A stretch of DNA of 64,000 nucleotides. Origin: an uncultured Nitrospiraceae bacterium (GTDB taxonomy: Bacteria; Nitrospirota; Thermodesulfovibrionia; Thermodesulfovibrionales; Dissulfurispiraceae). How positions within the stretch are numbered: position 1 is the stretch's first letter; every line of letters begins with the position of its first letter. The notes beneath the pieces were generated by a model. The model saw nothing but the letters and a program-made list of their open reading frames with translations, made no database searches and had not been told where the DNA came from. Shown here piece by piece: positions 30,741 to 39,453 of this stretch. Where the stretch lies: positions 160,001 to 224,000 of the forward strand of contig CAVPIW010000007.1 of assembly GCA_963705105.1 (NCBI GenBank), given 5' to 3'. A program made the translations under genes and the position numbers.

Positions 30741-31210
30741 ATACTCATTAAGACCCCCCCTGAACCATACCCGAAACAGGTATGATTCAGGAACCCTAAA
30801 CTCTTCCCTACAGGAGGCCTTATATGAGATTTTACACGAAGCAGCACAAGTTTTACTGCGGCATCGATCTTCACGCAAAAAGCATGTATCTCTGTATCCT
30901 CTCCCAGGAAGGACAGATCGTGCGTCACCGAAACATCAGAACAGACCCGGGCGTCTTTCTGGAGACGATTGCCCCCTACCGTGAGGACATCGTTGTCGCC
31001 GTGGAGTGTATGTTCACATGGTATTGAATCGCCGACCTCTGCAGTGATAACAATATCCCTTTTGTCCTTGGCCATGCTTTGTACATGAAAGCCATTCACG
31101 GGGGAAAAGCCAAGAATGACAGGATCGATGCCCACAAGATCGCCGTCCTGCTCCGAGGCGGGATGATGCCCATGGCATATGTCTAACCTTGCCAGATGAG
31201 CTCAACGAGA
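30741..31210 (+). pseudogene. IS110-family element remnant (left end and N-terminal DEDD transposase with stops)
   Basis: MRFYTKQHKFYCGIDLHAK..VAVECMFTWY*IADLC..KAKNDRIDAHKIA..AYV*. Confidence 0.9.
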
Positions 31211-31363
31211 ATTAAATAGGGGGTTGGAGCCTGTCTAAAAACTCTCTGCACTGCGGGCCGATCGCCGAAAGGGAACATCATCCTTACGCCCAGGCCGGTA
31301 TTTCTTTACCTCCTTTCACCATCCCGTTATGTCAATAAATAGGCGCTGTCCCTAATAATTATT

Positions 31364-31464
31364 CAAGCTCTTCAGATGGAGGACTTCGTTGTCACGTGCT
31401 GACTCGTCCTGAATGTGCGACACCTCATATCCGGTTCCTGGTTCCTCGCCCTGAGCTTTCGGAC
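31364..31464 (-). ncRNA. Second copy of the group IIC intron fragment (lacks DV-DVI)
   Basis: Near-identical to 27528-27628. Confidence 0.75.
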
Positions 31465-31976
31465 TGGCCATCCGCCTTGAATCCTTCGTGGAAAGCGACA
31501 GTGCCCTGCGGAATATGCCCCTCGAAAGGCAGAGCAAAGAAAACCTCCTGCGGCACTCCCTCATACACAAGTCCCGGCAGGTTTTTAAACCCGAATTTCC
31601 TGTAGTACTCCGGATGTCCCACGAGACAACATCCTTGAGCATTCATATCTTTCAGCCGTGACAGCCCTTCCCGTATCAGTGCTTTGCCGATGCCCTTCCG
31701 CTGGTACTCCGGCAGGACGGAAACAGGTCCAAGTCCGTACCAGTTCGGCGTGCCGTCCGAAATGGTCACGGGAGAGAAAGCAATATGCCCTATCACTCGG
31801 CCATCCATTTCTGCAACCAGCGATACCGTGAGAGCCCTGGCGGCACGCAGCGCCTCGATGATGAACTGCTCCGTGTGGTTGCTGATCTCCAGGGTCTTGA
31901 ACGCTGCGATAGTCACCCCGGTGATCGCGCAAACATCGTTATGCGTTTCGTTCCTGATAACAACCTTGGGATTCAT
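31425..31976 (-). CDS. GNAT N-acetyltransferase, copy 2
   Basis: Three amino-acid differences from 27589..28140. Confidence 0.92.
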   Translation of the reverse strand: MNPKVVIRNETHNDVCAITGVTIAAFKTLEISNHTEQFIIEALRAARALTVSLVAEMDGRVIGHIAFSPVTISDGTPNWYGLGPVSVLPEYQRKGIGKALIREGLSRLKDMNAQGCCLVGHPEYYRKFGFKNLPGLVYEGVPQEVFFALPFEGHIPQGTVAFHEGFKADGQSESSGRGTRNRI

Positions 31977-32001
31977 GGGTCTCTTATTCCTCTTTCCTGC
32001 T

Positions 32002-32076
32002 GGCTAACGCTACGGTTAAGTTGTCGGCAAAGAAGAGAAGCGTATTTGTCGATCCATCTTCAACCGCTTGTCTCCG
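32002..32076 (-). other. attC site of the TA cassette
   Basis: ACAAGCGGTTGAAGATGGATCGACAAA..TTTGCCGACAACTTAACCGTAGCGTTAGCC. Confidence 0.8.
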
Positions 32077-32371
32077 GCTGTCGTTCTTCAGGTTCATCAG
32101 GCAACTGGGCGCTGTGCCATACAGCGATGATCCAGACTGTTTTGTCCTTGACCCTATAGAAAAAACGGTATGGGTTCACAATCACTTCACGAAAGGGGAG
32201 GTCCGGAAACTCAGGGAGAAGTCTTCCTGATTGCGGAAAGTCCTTGAGACGGGAAAGCGTTTTTCCTGATTTCTGGAGAAAGGTCGCAGCAACCGAGGGA
32301 CTGTCCCGGTGCATGTAGGCAATCGCTTCAAAAAACTGACGCCGGCCCGTTGGCGTAAAGAGAATTTTCAA
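32060..32371 (-). CDS. RelE/ParE-family toxin
   Basis: L.DFPQSGR..RE.IV.PYRFFYRV..WIIAVWH. Confidence 0.9.
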   Translation of the reverse strand: MKILFTPTGRRQFFEAIAYMHRDSPSVAATFLQKSGKTLSRLKDFPQSGRLLPEFPDLPFREVIVNPYRFFYRVKDKTVWIIAVWHSAQLPDEPEERQPETSG

Positions 32372-32649
32372 GGTTTTGCAGCCTGAAGAAAGCGGTCCGC
32401 TTCTTTCAACACATCTGCAAGCTCATGACCTATTCCTGCATCTATTTCCTTCTCACCTCGCGCTATCAGCCGCAAAACGTCGATTTCGCGCTGCGAGTTC
32501 TCATAGGCATCCATACTGATCAAGACTGCTGCCGCTCGCCCCCGTTGGGTAATGAAAACCGGTTCTCTGGACGAGGACACGCCTTTGACAACATCGCTGG
32601 CGTTTTGCCTGAGATCAGAGATGGGAATTATTTTTGGAACTCTTGACAT
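32368..32649 (-). CDS. Phd/YefM-family antitoxin
   Basis: IIPISDLRQNAS..PVFITQRGRAAAVL; 4-bp overlap with the toxin. Confidence 0.92.
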   Translation of the reverse strand: MSRVPKIIPISDLRQNASDVVKGVSSSREPVFITQRGRAAAVLISMDAYENSQREIDVLRLIARGEKEIDAGIGHELADVLKEADRFLQAAKP

Positions 32650-32675
32650 AGATTGTACCTCCTATTGTTACTTTA

Positions 32676-32704
32676 AGTGTACTATCAAAGATACCTTACG
32701 TCAA
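32676..32704 (-). promoter_or_regulatory. Sigma70-type promoter of the TA cassette
   Basis: TTGACG-N17-TACACT followed by AGGAGG. Confidence 0.7.
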
Positions 32705-32722
32705 GTTAGTGTTCTTTTTGAG

Positions 32723-32850
32723 GGGCAACGCCCAAGTTCACGGGGAGGCCGTGCACTGGAGCACACAGAGTGAATACGGGAAACGAACCTAAATCTGAAA
32801 TCGCGCGGATTTCACCCATAACGAAAAAAAATAACCCGCTCGCGCAACCG
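32723..32850 (-). other. Two abutting truncated attC right arms
   Basis: 32723-32815 is homologous to attC 30624-30717 and ends GTTGCCC; 32816-32850 ends GGGTTA..CGTTATGG. Confidence 0.65.
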
Positions 32851-33012
32851 AACAAAATTGAAAACGTGCCCTGCTGCTAAAGACTGACGGGCAAAAAGAA
32901 CAGCCTGCGACCGCCAGCATAGCTATGACGCACAGAACTAACGCTACTATGAAATATACTTTTTTGCGTGACCCAATTTTCATGATTCGGCTATTCTTAC
33001 CCAAGGCTAACA

Positions 33013-33603
33013 TTAGATGACATAACGAGCTGGGATGACACCGTGTTTGAACATTTCGTACAGTTCCTGAGTTTCTTCTCTGGTATAAATATTCAACACC
33101 CTGACAATCTCACAGGCGAACTCAACACTGCCCAGTCCACTAGCTGTTATGAGGTTCTTGTCAGTGATTGCCAACTTGTCCACGTACAAATCATCATCTC
33201 TATAATCCGGTAGCATCGCATTCAGGTAACCCTTGGAGTTGCTCGTGTGCCTGTGGCCATGCATCAGTCCAGCCCGTGCAACTTCTAATGTTGCTCCGCA
33301 TATTGCGGCTATAACCGTTCCTTTTGCATGGAACTTATGGAGAAGTTCAATCACATCTTGATGTGGTCCTTGTTCCCACGTTTTTCCACCCGGCATGATG
33401 AAAATAGAAGCTTCATCGAGATGAATAGCATCAAGCATGGTATGAGGGGTGATCTTGTAGCCACCCATTGTGGTTATCGGATTTTCGGCAAATCCAACTG
33501 TTACTACATCAAACTTCCCTGACTTGTTAATCTCGCACAGTGCAAGCGCAGGCTCCCAATCCGCAAGGCCATCGAAAACAAGTAGGTATGCTTTTAATCG
33601 CAT
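33013..33603 (-). CDS. DJ-1/PfpI-family protein
   Basis: FDGLADWE..MPGG..AAICGAT..LITASG. Confidence 0.92.
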   Translation of the reverse strand: MRLKAYLLVFDGLADWEPALALCEINKSGKFDVVTVGFAENPITTMGGYKITPHTMLDAIHLDEASIFIMPGGKTWEQGPHQDVIELLHKFHAKGTVIAAICGATLEVARAGLMHGHRHTSNSKGYLNAMLPDYRDDDLYVDKLAITDKNLITASGLGSVEFACEIVRVLNIYTREETQELYEMFKHGVIPARYVI

Positions 33604-33627
33604 TAGAACTTTACTCCTTTACGAGTC

Positions 33628-33708
33628 ATCTTACGCTGCGCATAACCGGCCCACAACAGCGGCGCGAGGCGCTGCTGTTGTGGGTCCGTGTTCATGCGCT
33701 TATTAGCT
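33628..33708 (-). other. attC site of the first cassette
   Basis: AGCTAATAAGCGCATGAACACGGACCCACAACAGC..GCTGTTGTGGGCCGGTTATGCGCAGCGTAAGAT; R'' matches GTTAGCT at attI. Confidence 0.85.
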
Positions 33709-34478
33709 GGCGCCGGTTCTGTGTCAGTAAAGTCCTGCCCTCGCATCTACGTCGCTTCGGGCCGGGACACCTTCGCAGGCGGGGCATTTACCCCGCCTTT
33801 GACCAAAGGGTAGCTTAGCGCCCCTTTGGAATCCCAGCATAGGGTTCCCCGTGGCAAGCCACGGGGCATAGTTTTTTCGTCAACACAGTTACTCAACGGG
33901 TTCACTCCGTCATGTGTTTCGCCGGACAGCGCGTATCCAACCAACCAGCAAGAAAATCCCGAGGCAACTGCCCGCGACTATCCAGCGGACGTCCGGGACA
34001 ACAAGTTCGCCAGAGACAGGGGTCAGCACGACTTTGAGCGACGCCAGTTTATAGGGCATCACCTTGAGGTATTCAGGATTGGTGACCAGATCAAAAAACG
34101 TCCGCCGCCCCGGATAGCGAACGACAAGAACGCGGTCCCAATTATCCAACTCGGGCTCAAAAACGATCAAATTGGATTTCTTCTGCCCGCTCGAAATCCG
34201 CATCGAGTTACCGCCCACAATCGGATAACCGCCCGACCTAAGCAAAATGGGGACGACGACATCCTCATAGTGGACATTGGCCTCAATTGGCGTCATGGTT
34301 GTTGGCACGCCTGGGAATTGCTTGATCTGCTCGTAGAAACGCATGACATTCAGCATGAATACGGGCCGACCGTCATCGCTCTCGCCCCATGCGCGCAAGC
34401 GAGTAAGAAACTCGTTGCGCTCCTCCCATTCGACCGGCCGGAATATGTCAATGATTTTGAGACACCTGTCGTCCGCAT

Positions 34479-35495
34479 TTAGTGTACTACTTCCTCACTC
34501 TCAGCAGCCGTTTTCGACTTGTTGATCCATGCCGCCTCCGGCAACGCGGGCGGCACAGGGATTCTCTTAACAAAGCGCTCCGGATGTGCCTCAAAGGCAG
34601 CCCGCAGAACCTCAATCCTCGTGTTCCTGACATCTCCGGCACGACCATAGTGGACAACGTCGGGCGTGAGCAGTCCGATGCCGGAGTGACGATGGTCCTT
34701 GTTATACCAAGGGAAGAAGTCTTGGCAGAAGCTCCGGGAGTCCTCAAGGCTGCCGAAGCGTTCCGGGAAGTCCGGCCGATACTTGAGTGTCTTGAACTGG
34801 GCCTCGGAGTAAGGGTTATCGTCACTGGTATAGGGCCTGCTGTGGGTCTTCGTCACCCCCAGGTCAGCCAGAAGCAAGGCGACCGGCTTTGACTTCATGG
34901 AGGAGCCCCGATCTGCGTGAATCGTCAACTGTCCTTTGATGATCTGCTGCTTTGCACAAGTCTCTTTGATGAGCTTCTGGGCCAAGGCAGCCGATTCAGT
35001 TGCCGCCACCATCCAGCCCACAACATAGCGGCTGAAGATATCCAGGATGACATAGAGGTAGAAGTAGGTCCACTTTACGGGACCAAGGAGCTTGGTGATA
35101 TCCCAGGACCACACCTGATTGGGCGCCGTGGCAAGAAGTTCAGGTTTCTGATACACCGGGCGGCTCACCTGGTGTCTCCGTTCCCTGACCTCCTGGTTGT
35201 CTTCCAGAATGCGGTACATGGTCCGGATGGAGCAGTGATAGGCACCTTCATCCAAAAGAGTTGCATACACCTCAGGGGGTGCCTTGTCCACGAATCGTTC
35301 GCTGTGCAGGTGATCCAGGACTGCCTGCCGCTCCTGGACAGATAATGCACGAGGAGGGCTCGGTCGCTTCCGGGGTTCCGCCAAAGGCGCGCTCTTCCTT
35401 GTCAGCTCCCGATAGTACTGACAGCGGGCGATATCGAGCGACGCACAGGCCGCCTTGATACCGACATCAACGGACAGGGTGACGGCGGCCTCCAT
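34479..35495 (-). CDS. IS3 transposase OrfB (DDE)
   Basis: WSWDIT, IHADRGS, NPYSEAQFKTLK. Confidence 0.95.
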   Translation of the reverse strand: MEAAVTLSVDVGIKAACASLDIARCQYYRELTRKSAPLAEPRKRPSPPRALSVQERQAVLDHLHSERFVDKAPPEVYATLLDEGAYHCSIRTMYRILEDNQEVRERRHQVSRPVYQKPELLATAPNQVWSWDITKLLGPVKWTYFYLYVILDIFSRYVVGWMVAATESAALAQKLIKETCAKQQIIKGQLTIHADRGSSMKSKPVALLLADLGVTKTHSRPYTSDDNPYSEAQFKTLKYRPDFPERFGSLEDSRSFCQDFFPWYNKDHRHSGIGLLTPDVVHYGRAGDVRNTRIEVLRAAFEAHPERFVKRIPVPPALPEAAWINKSKTAAESEEVVH

Positions 35496-36004
35496 CAGTC
35501 GTTGCCTCCCTCGTCGGTCCCCTCCAGGGGTGCCCCCAACATCTGGGATACTTTTTTTTGAACGTCAATGATGATCTCGGCTCGTCTCAGGCGATCCCTC
35601 AGCCGCTCATTGTCCCGGCGAAGTTTCTCATTTTCCTCAATGAGTGGATTGCGCACGGTCTCCTTGCGTCCACGTTTCTTGGGGGCAAGTGCAGAGAGCA
35701 CTCCCTGCGCCCTCTGGCGGCGCCAGGTCGTCAGGTTCGACGAATACAGTCCCTCACGACGAAGAAGCGCTCCCAGACTCCCCGGGTCGGTGCACGCATT
35801 GGCCTGCTTCAATATGCGAAGCTTGTACTCAGCAGGAAAGCGCCGCCGGGTGGCCTTGTCTGCTACCTCGGGGTCAGGAGTCGTGCTCGCCGGCACCAAC
35901 GGATATCCGGCTTGTTTCGCCCCCACAGCCTCTCTCTTCAAGTTCTCCGTCTCCATCAAAAGCATCTCCAGTCCCTCGGTTGCTCTCATCTCTTCAGCTA
36001 TCAT
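35495..36004 (-). CDS. IS3 transposase OrfA (HTH)
   Basis: RRRFPAEYKLRIL..LRREGLYSSNLTTWR; A8G slippery run at 35551-35559 with the -1 frame open into OrfB. Confidence 0.9.
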   Translation of the reverse strand: MIAEEMRATEGLEMLLMETENLKREAVGAKQAGYPLVPASTTPDPEVADKATRRRFPAEYKLRILKQANACTDPGSLGALLRREGLYSSNLTTWRRQRAQGVLSALAPKKRGRKETVRNPLIEENEKLRRDNERLRDRLRRAEIIIDVQKKVSQMLGAPLEGTDEGGND

Positions 36005-36264
36005 GTTGTCTATTCCTCCCCGCCCTCTACTCTAATTTACTATAGGGGAGGTGTCTCAGTTATATTGACACAGAGGGGGCACGCTTTTCTCCAGAATGCC
36101 GATATAGCGATCGACCTCCGACCTGGAAAGCGTGCTGGCAGACTGCCAGGCCGAGACACCAAAAAACACTGCAACCAACACAGCACCAAGAACAAACTCA
36201 ACAAGATATCTCTTCATTTCTGATTCTCCTATTTCAGGTTCGTTGCCAGTCATGGATTCGCGCC

Positions 36265-36345
36265 AGCTAACATTATTCTTTAGCTGCCGACTGTATTTTC
36301 TCACAGCATAGCGGAAAAAAGAGGTCGAGTCAATCAGAAAGACGT
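36265..36345 (-). promoter_or_regulatory. attI site 1 with cassette promoter Pc
   Basis: TTGACT-N17-TATGCT (36333-36305), then GCAGCTAAAGAATAAT-GTTAGCT; lies divergent from intI. Confidence 0.8.
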
Positions 36346-36403
36346 GTTTTTGGCTACGTTTTGGGGCTAAAGCAGCCGTCTTATATTACCGAAACGGTAT
36401 ATT

Positions 36404-36847
36404 ATGCAGTCGCCGCATAATAACCAAGATTTGTTATTCGAGGACTTTCAGGACTTCCTCGCTCGAAAACACCATGGCCCTGAAAAGCGACTGCCCTACT
36501 ATCTCCGCTGGGTGAGTCGTTTTCACGAATTCTGTAATCGCAGCAAGATTGACGATAACGCCCCGGACAGCATCGCAGCGTATGTCCATGATCTGGAAAA
36601 ATACCTCGAAGACAGGCAGGTGCAGCAGGCCAAGGAAGCGGTCCGCCTTTTCCGCTACTTCACGGGAGTGCAGAAAACAGTAACAGCCATCCCGCAGGAT
36701 GGGGCTGGGCAAGACTTGTGACAAAATATCGAGGACGAATTCATCAGAGCGCTCCGTCTGCGGCACCGGTCGCACAGGACTGAGCAGAGCTACCTTCATT
36801 GGGTCAGACGGTTCAGCGCGTACCTTGCATTTAAAGAGCCTGAGTTG
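36404..36847 (+). pseudogene. intI: Integron integrase N-terminal remnant
   Basis: PYYLRWVSRF..QVQQAKEAVRLF..DL*QNIEDEFIRALRLRHRSHRTEQSYLHWVRRF; catalytic domain absent. Confidence 0.8.
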
Positions 36848-36944
36848 TCAATAAACAGGTGGGTGTCCCTTTTACCCATCCCCGCGCCGGCGATCAGAAC
36901 GTCAGCTTTGTGCTGCACGCTTTGCACAGGGCGGTCTGAGTGCT

Positions 36945-38480
36945 TCATAGGTATCGGCTCTCCAACCGAGCAAGAAGCTCTTCGGCTTGCTGGGTAATCT
37001 GCTGCCGTTGCTTCGCAGCCATGCGTGCCAGCGACCGGTAGGGCAGGCCCATTCGCGGGTTGGGCTTGAGTCGCGCCTCGTTCACAATCAAGAAGTGCCA
37101 ATACAGGTAATTGAATGGGCAGGCCTTGGGACCGAGCTTGATCTTCGGATCATAGACGCAGCCAGAACAATAGTCCGACATGCGATCAATGTAGGCGCCG
37201 GAAGCCGCATAGGGCTTCGAGCCCAACAAGCCTCCATCGGCGTGCAACGCCATGCCGTGTGTGTTCGGCATTTCGACCCACTCGAAGGCATCGGCATAGA
37301 CGCTGAGGTACCACTCCTCCACTTGAGCGGGCGACACTCCGGTCAGCAGGGCGAAATTGCCGGTGATCATCAGCCGCTGGATGTGGTGCGCGTATGCGTT
37401 GCGGCGGGTGGCCTCGATGACCTCCCGCAGGCACTTCATGTCGGTCTCCCCTGTCCAATAGAAGTCCGGGAGCGGGCGCTCCGCGTTCAAGAAGTTGGTC
37501 TGTGCATAGTCGGGCATCTTCATCCAGTAGACGCCGCGCACATACTCGCGCCAGCCCAGAATCTGCCGAACAAACCCCTCGACTGCTGATAGTGGCGCCG
37601 AGCCCTGGTGGTAGGCAGCCAGTATGGCCTCGCATACCTCTCGGGGACTCAGCAGCCCGATGTTGATATATGGCGACAAGACCGAATGGAACAGGAAATC
37701 CTGCCCTGCTTTCATCGCATCCTGGTAATCCCCGAACTGAGGCAGGAAGTTCGTGATGAAGTGTTGCAGGGCTTTCAGCGCGTCTTCTCGCGTCACGGCC
37801 CAGTCGAAGGACTCCAAATCACCGAAATGATCGGCAAAGCGCTTCCGGACCAGCGTCATCACATCGCGTGTTGTGGCGTCCGGAACGAAGCGACGGCCGG
37901 GTGGCACCGGAAAGCTCCGGGGCAGTTTCTTGCGATTCTCTGCGTCATAGTTCCAACGACCGCCCTCGGGCTTGTCACCCGTCATGAGCCAACCGGTCTT
38001 GCGCCGCATGTGACGGTAAAAGTACTCCAGCCGAAAGCTCCTGCCTCCCTTTGCCCAGTCTGCGAATTCAGCCCGCGAGCAAAGAAACCGATCATCGTCA
38101 CGACACTCAACCGGCGTATCGAATACCTCGCGCCAGGTCTGCATCATTTCCCACACGCGCCACTCCCCCGGGTGCGTGACAACGATACGGTCTGCGTGAT
38201 GACGTGAGAGCGCCCGGCCCAGTTCCCCGGTGAACGAGCCCGAATTGCCTTTGTCGTCAAGTTGGACGTAGTCCATGCACATGCCTTCGGCACGAAGGGA
38301 CTCGGCAAAGTGACGCATCGCCGAGAGCACCAGGACAAGCTTCTGCTTGTGATGCCGCACATACGTGGTTTCGTCGTGCACCTCGGCCATGAACACGACA
38401 TCGCGGGTGTGATCCATGTCGCGCAGTGCGCTGATTGCACGGCAAAGCTGATCGCCCAGAACCAGCCTGAGTGTCTTGAT
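36945..38480 (-). CDS. Cryptochrome/photolyase of the Fe-S (PhrB/CryB-like) type
   Basis: LVLGDQL, HHKQK, RQILGWREY, YAHHIQRLMI, DYCSGC..KACPF; first ATG is at 38417. Confidence 0.9.
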   Translation of the reverse strand: MKTLRLVLGDQLCRAISALRDMDHTRDVVFMAEVHDETTYVRHHKQKLVLVLSAMRHFAESLRAEGMCMDYVQLDDKGNSGSFTGELGRALSRHHADRIVVTHPGEWRVWEMMQTWREVFDTPVECRDDDRFLCSRAEFADWAKGGRSFRLEYFYRHMRRKTGWLMTGDKPEGGRWNYDAENRKKLPRSFPVPPGRRFVPDATTRDVMTLVRKRFADHFGDLESFDWAVTREDALKALQHFITNFLPQFGDYQDAMKAGQDFLFHSVLSPYINIGLLSPREVCEAILAAYHQGSAPLSAVEGFVRQILGWREYVRGVYWMKMPDYAQTNFLNAERPLPDFYWTGETDMKCLREVIEATRRNAYAHHIQRLMITGNFALLTGVSPAQVEEWYLSVYADAFEWVEMPNTHGMALHADGGLLGSKPYAASGAYIDRMSDYCSGCVYDPKIKLGPKACPFNYLYWHFLIVNEARLKPNPRMGLPYRSLARMAAKQRQQITQQAEELLARLESRYL

Positions 38481-38491
38481 AGGGAGCCCTC

Positions 38492-39220
38492 TCAGCCCTT
38501 GGTTCGCAGTGTTGAGCGACCGCCGTCGACACCGATGATCTGGCCCGTGATCCAGTCAGCTTCCGGAGAGAGCAGGAAGGCGGTGATCGCCGCAATATCT
38601 TCGGGGGTGCCCAGCCGCTGCAGCGCATGCAGTTCGGCGATGGACGCCGTCATCTTTACGTTCGACAGGATATCCTTGACTAGCTGCGTGCGCGTAAGTG
38701 AAGGGGCGATGGCATTGACGCGCACTCTTGGTGCGAGCTCACTTGCCAAGGATAGGGTCAGTCCGTTCACAGCCCCCTTTGCCATCCCTATCGACCCATG
38801 GAAGGCAAAGCCCTGCAGGGCCGCTACGCTGGAGAACAGTACTACGGAAGCGATCCCCGTACTCTTCTTGAGCGCCGGTACCGCCGCTTGAATGGCAAGC
38901 GCGGCGCCCATCGCATTGACCCGGAAATCGTTCAAGAAATCGGCTTCGGTGAGGCGTTGGAGACTACGCAGAGTGATGGTACCCACAGCATAGACAAGAC
39001 CATCCAATGGAACTCCGGCATCTTCCGCCACACGGGAAAAGAGGCGCCCATCACTTACGTCCCCCGTCGTGAAGGTGGCCTCAAGCTCAGCCGCAAGGGC
39101 GGACAACTTGTCCTCGCTCCGCCCGACCAGGTGAAGATCGTAGCCACGCGCTCGAAGGATACGGGCCGTGGCTGAACCAATGCCGCCAGAACCGCCATAG
39201 ATTAGGACTTTAGGTGCCAT
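38492..39220 (-). CDS. SDR-family oxidoreductase (atypical)
   Basis: GGSGGIG, HGSIGMAKG in place of YxxxK, RVNAIAP, VDGG. Confidence 0.93.
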   Translation of the reverse strand: MAPKVLIYGGSGGIGSATARILRARGYDLHLVGRSEDKLSALAAELEATFTTGDVSDGRLFSRVAEDAGVPLDGLVYAVGTITLRSLQRLTEADFLNDFRVNAMGAALAIQAAVPALKKSTGIASVVLFSSVAALQGFAFHGSIGMAKGAVNGLTLSLASELAPRVRVNAIAPSLTRTQLVKDILSNVKMTASIAELHALQRLGTPEDIAAITAFLLSPEADWITGQIIGVDGGRSTLRTKG

Positions 39221-39293
39221 GACAACTTCTCCCTTCTTGAAATGAACTCCTGCTGAGTGGTCACGGTTGAACGCTATGAAGAATCAGCAGGCT

Positions 39294-39372
39294 GCCCAAC
39301 ATTATATTTCAGCTGCCGACTGTCTTTTCTTAAATCATAGCGGACAAGCAGGGGTGAGTCAAGCAGAAGGAC
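39294..39372 (-). promoter_or_regulatory. attI-like site 2 with promoter
   Basis: TTGACT-N17-TATGAT (39362-39334), then GCAGCTGAAATATAAT-GTTGGGC; homologous to 36265-36345 up to GTT. Confidence 0.75.
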
Positions 39373-39453
39373 AGGTTTGCATGTCTTCTGAAGTCCGGGT
39401 CCCCAGCAGCGGCGGGTTTTTACCCGCCGCGACTTTCTATGGTATTGTAAGAC

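Larger units (their letters stand above)
34438..36078 (-). mobile_element. IS3-family insertion sequence, apparently intact
   Basis: Inverted repeats TGTCAATGATTTTGAGACACC (34446) and TGTCAATATAACTGAGACACC (36070, reverse); outer limits uncertain by a few bp. Confidence 0.9.
33910..36217 (-). pseudogene. Cassette membrane-anchored protein (DUF1330-like) split by the IS3 element
   Basis: MKRYLVEF..LEKSVP | IS | VEWEERNEFLTRLRAWGESDDGRPVFMLNVMRF..WDRVLVVRYP. Confidence 0.75.
27082..39370 (-). mobile_element. Degenerate chromosomal integron and gene-cassette array
   Basis: Co-oriented, lower-GC genes separated by attC sites; divergent intI remnant; attI/Pc sites. Confidence 0.88.

Noticed and set aside
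31025..31027. In-frame TGA in the IS110 transposase (and at 36719-36721 in intI) as Sec or UGA=Trp recoding
   Set aside because: Both fall at probable Trp positions in genes that are also truncated; TGA is a normal stop elsewhere in the window and no CCAGUUCG hairpin follows
27435..32008. Diversity-generating retroelement or retron interpretation of the duplicated GNAT and intron-like RNA
   Set aside because: No reverse transcriptase in the window, and differences between the copies are not confined to adenines
36384..36402. TACCG-AAA-CGGTA palindrome before intI as a LexA box
   Set aside because: Position is suggestive, but I cannot match it to a known LexA motif and saw no second copy
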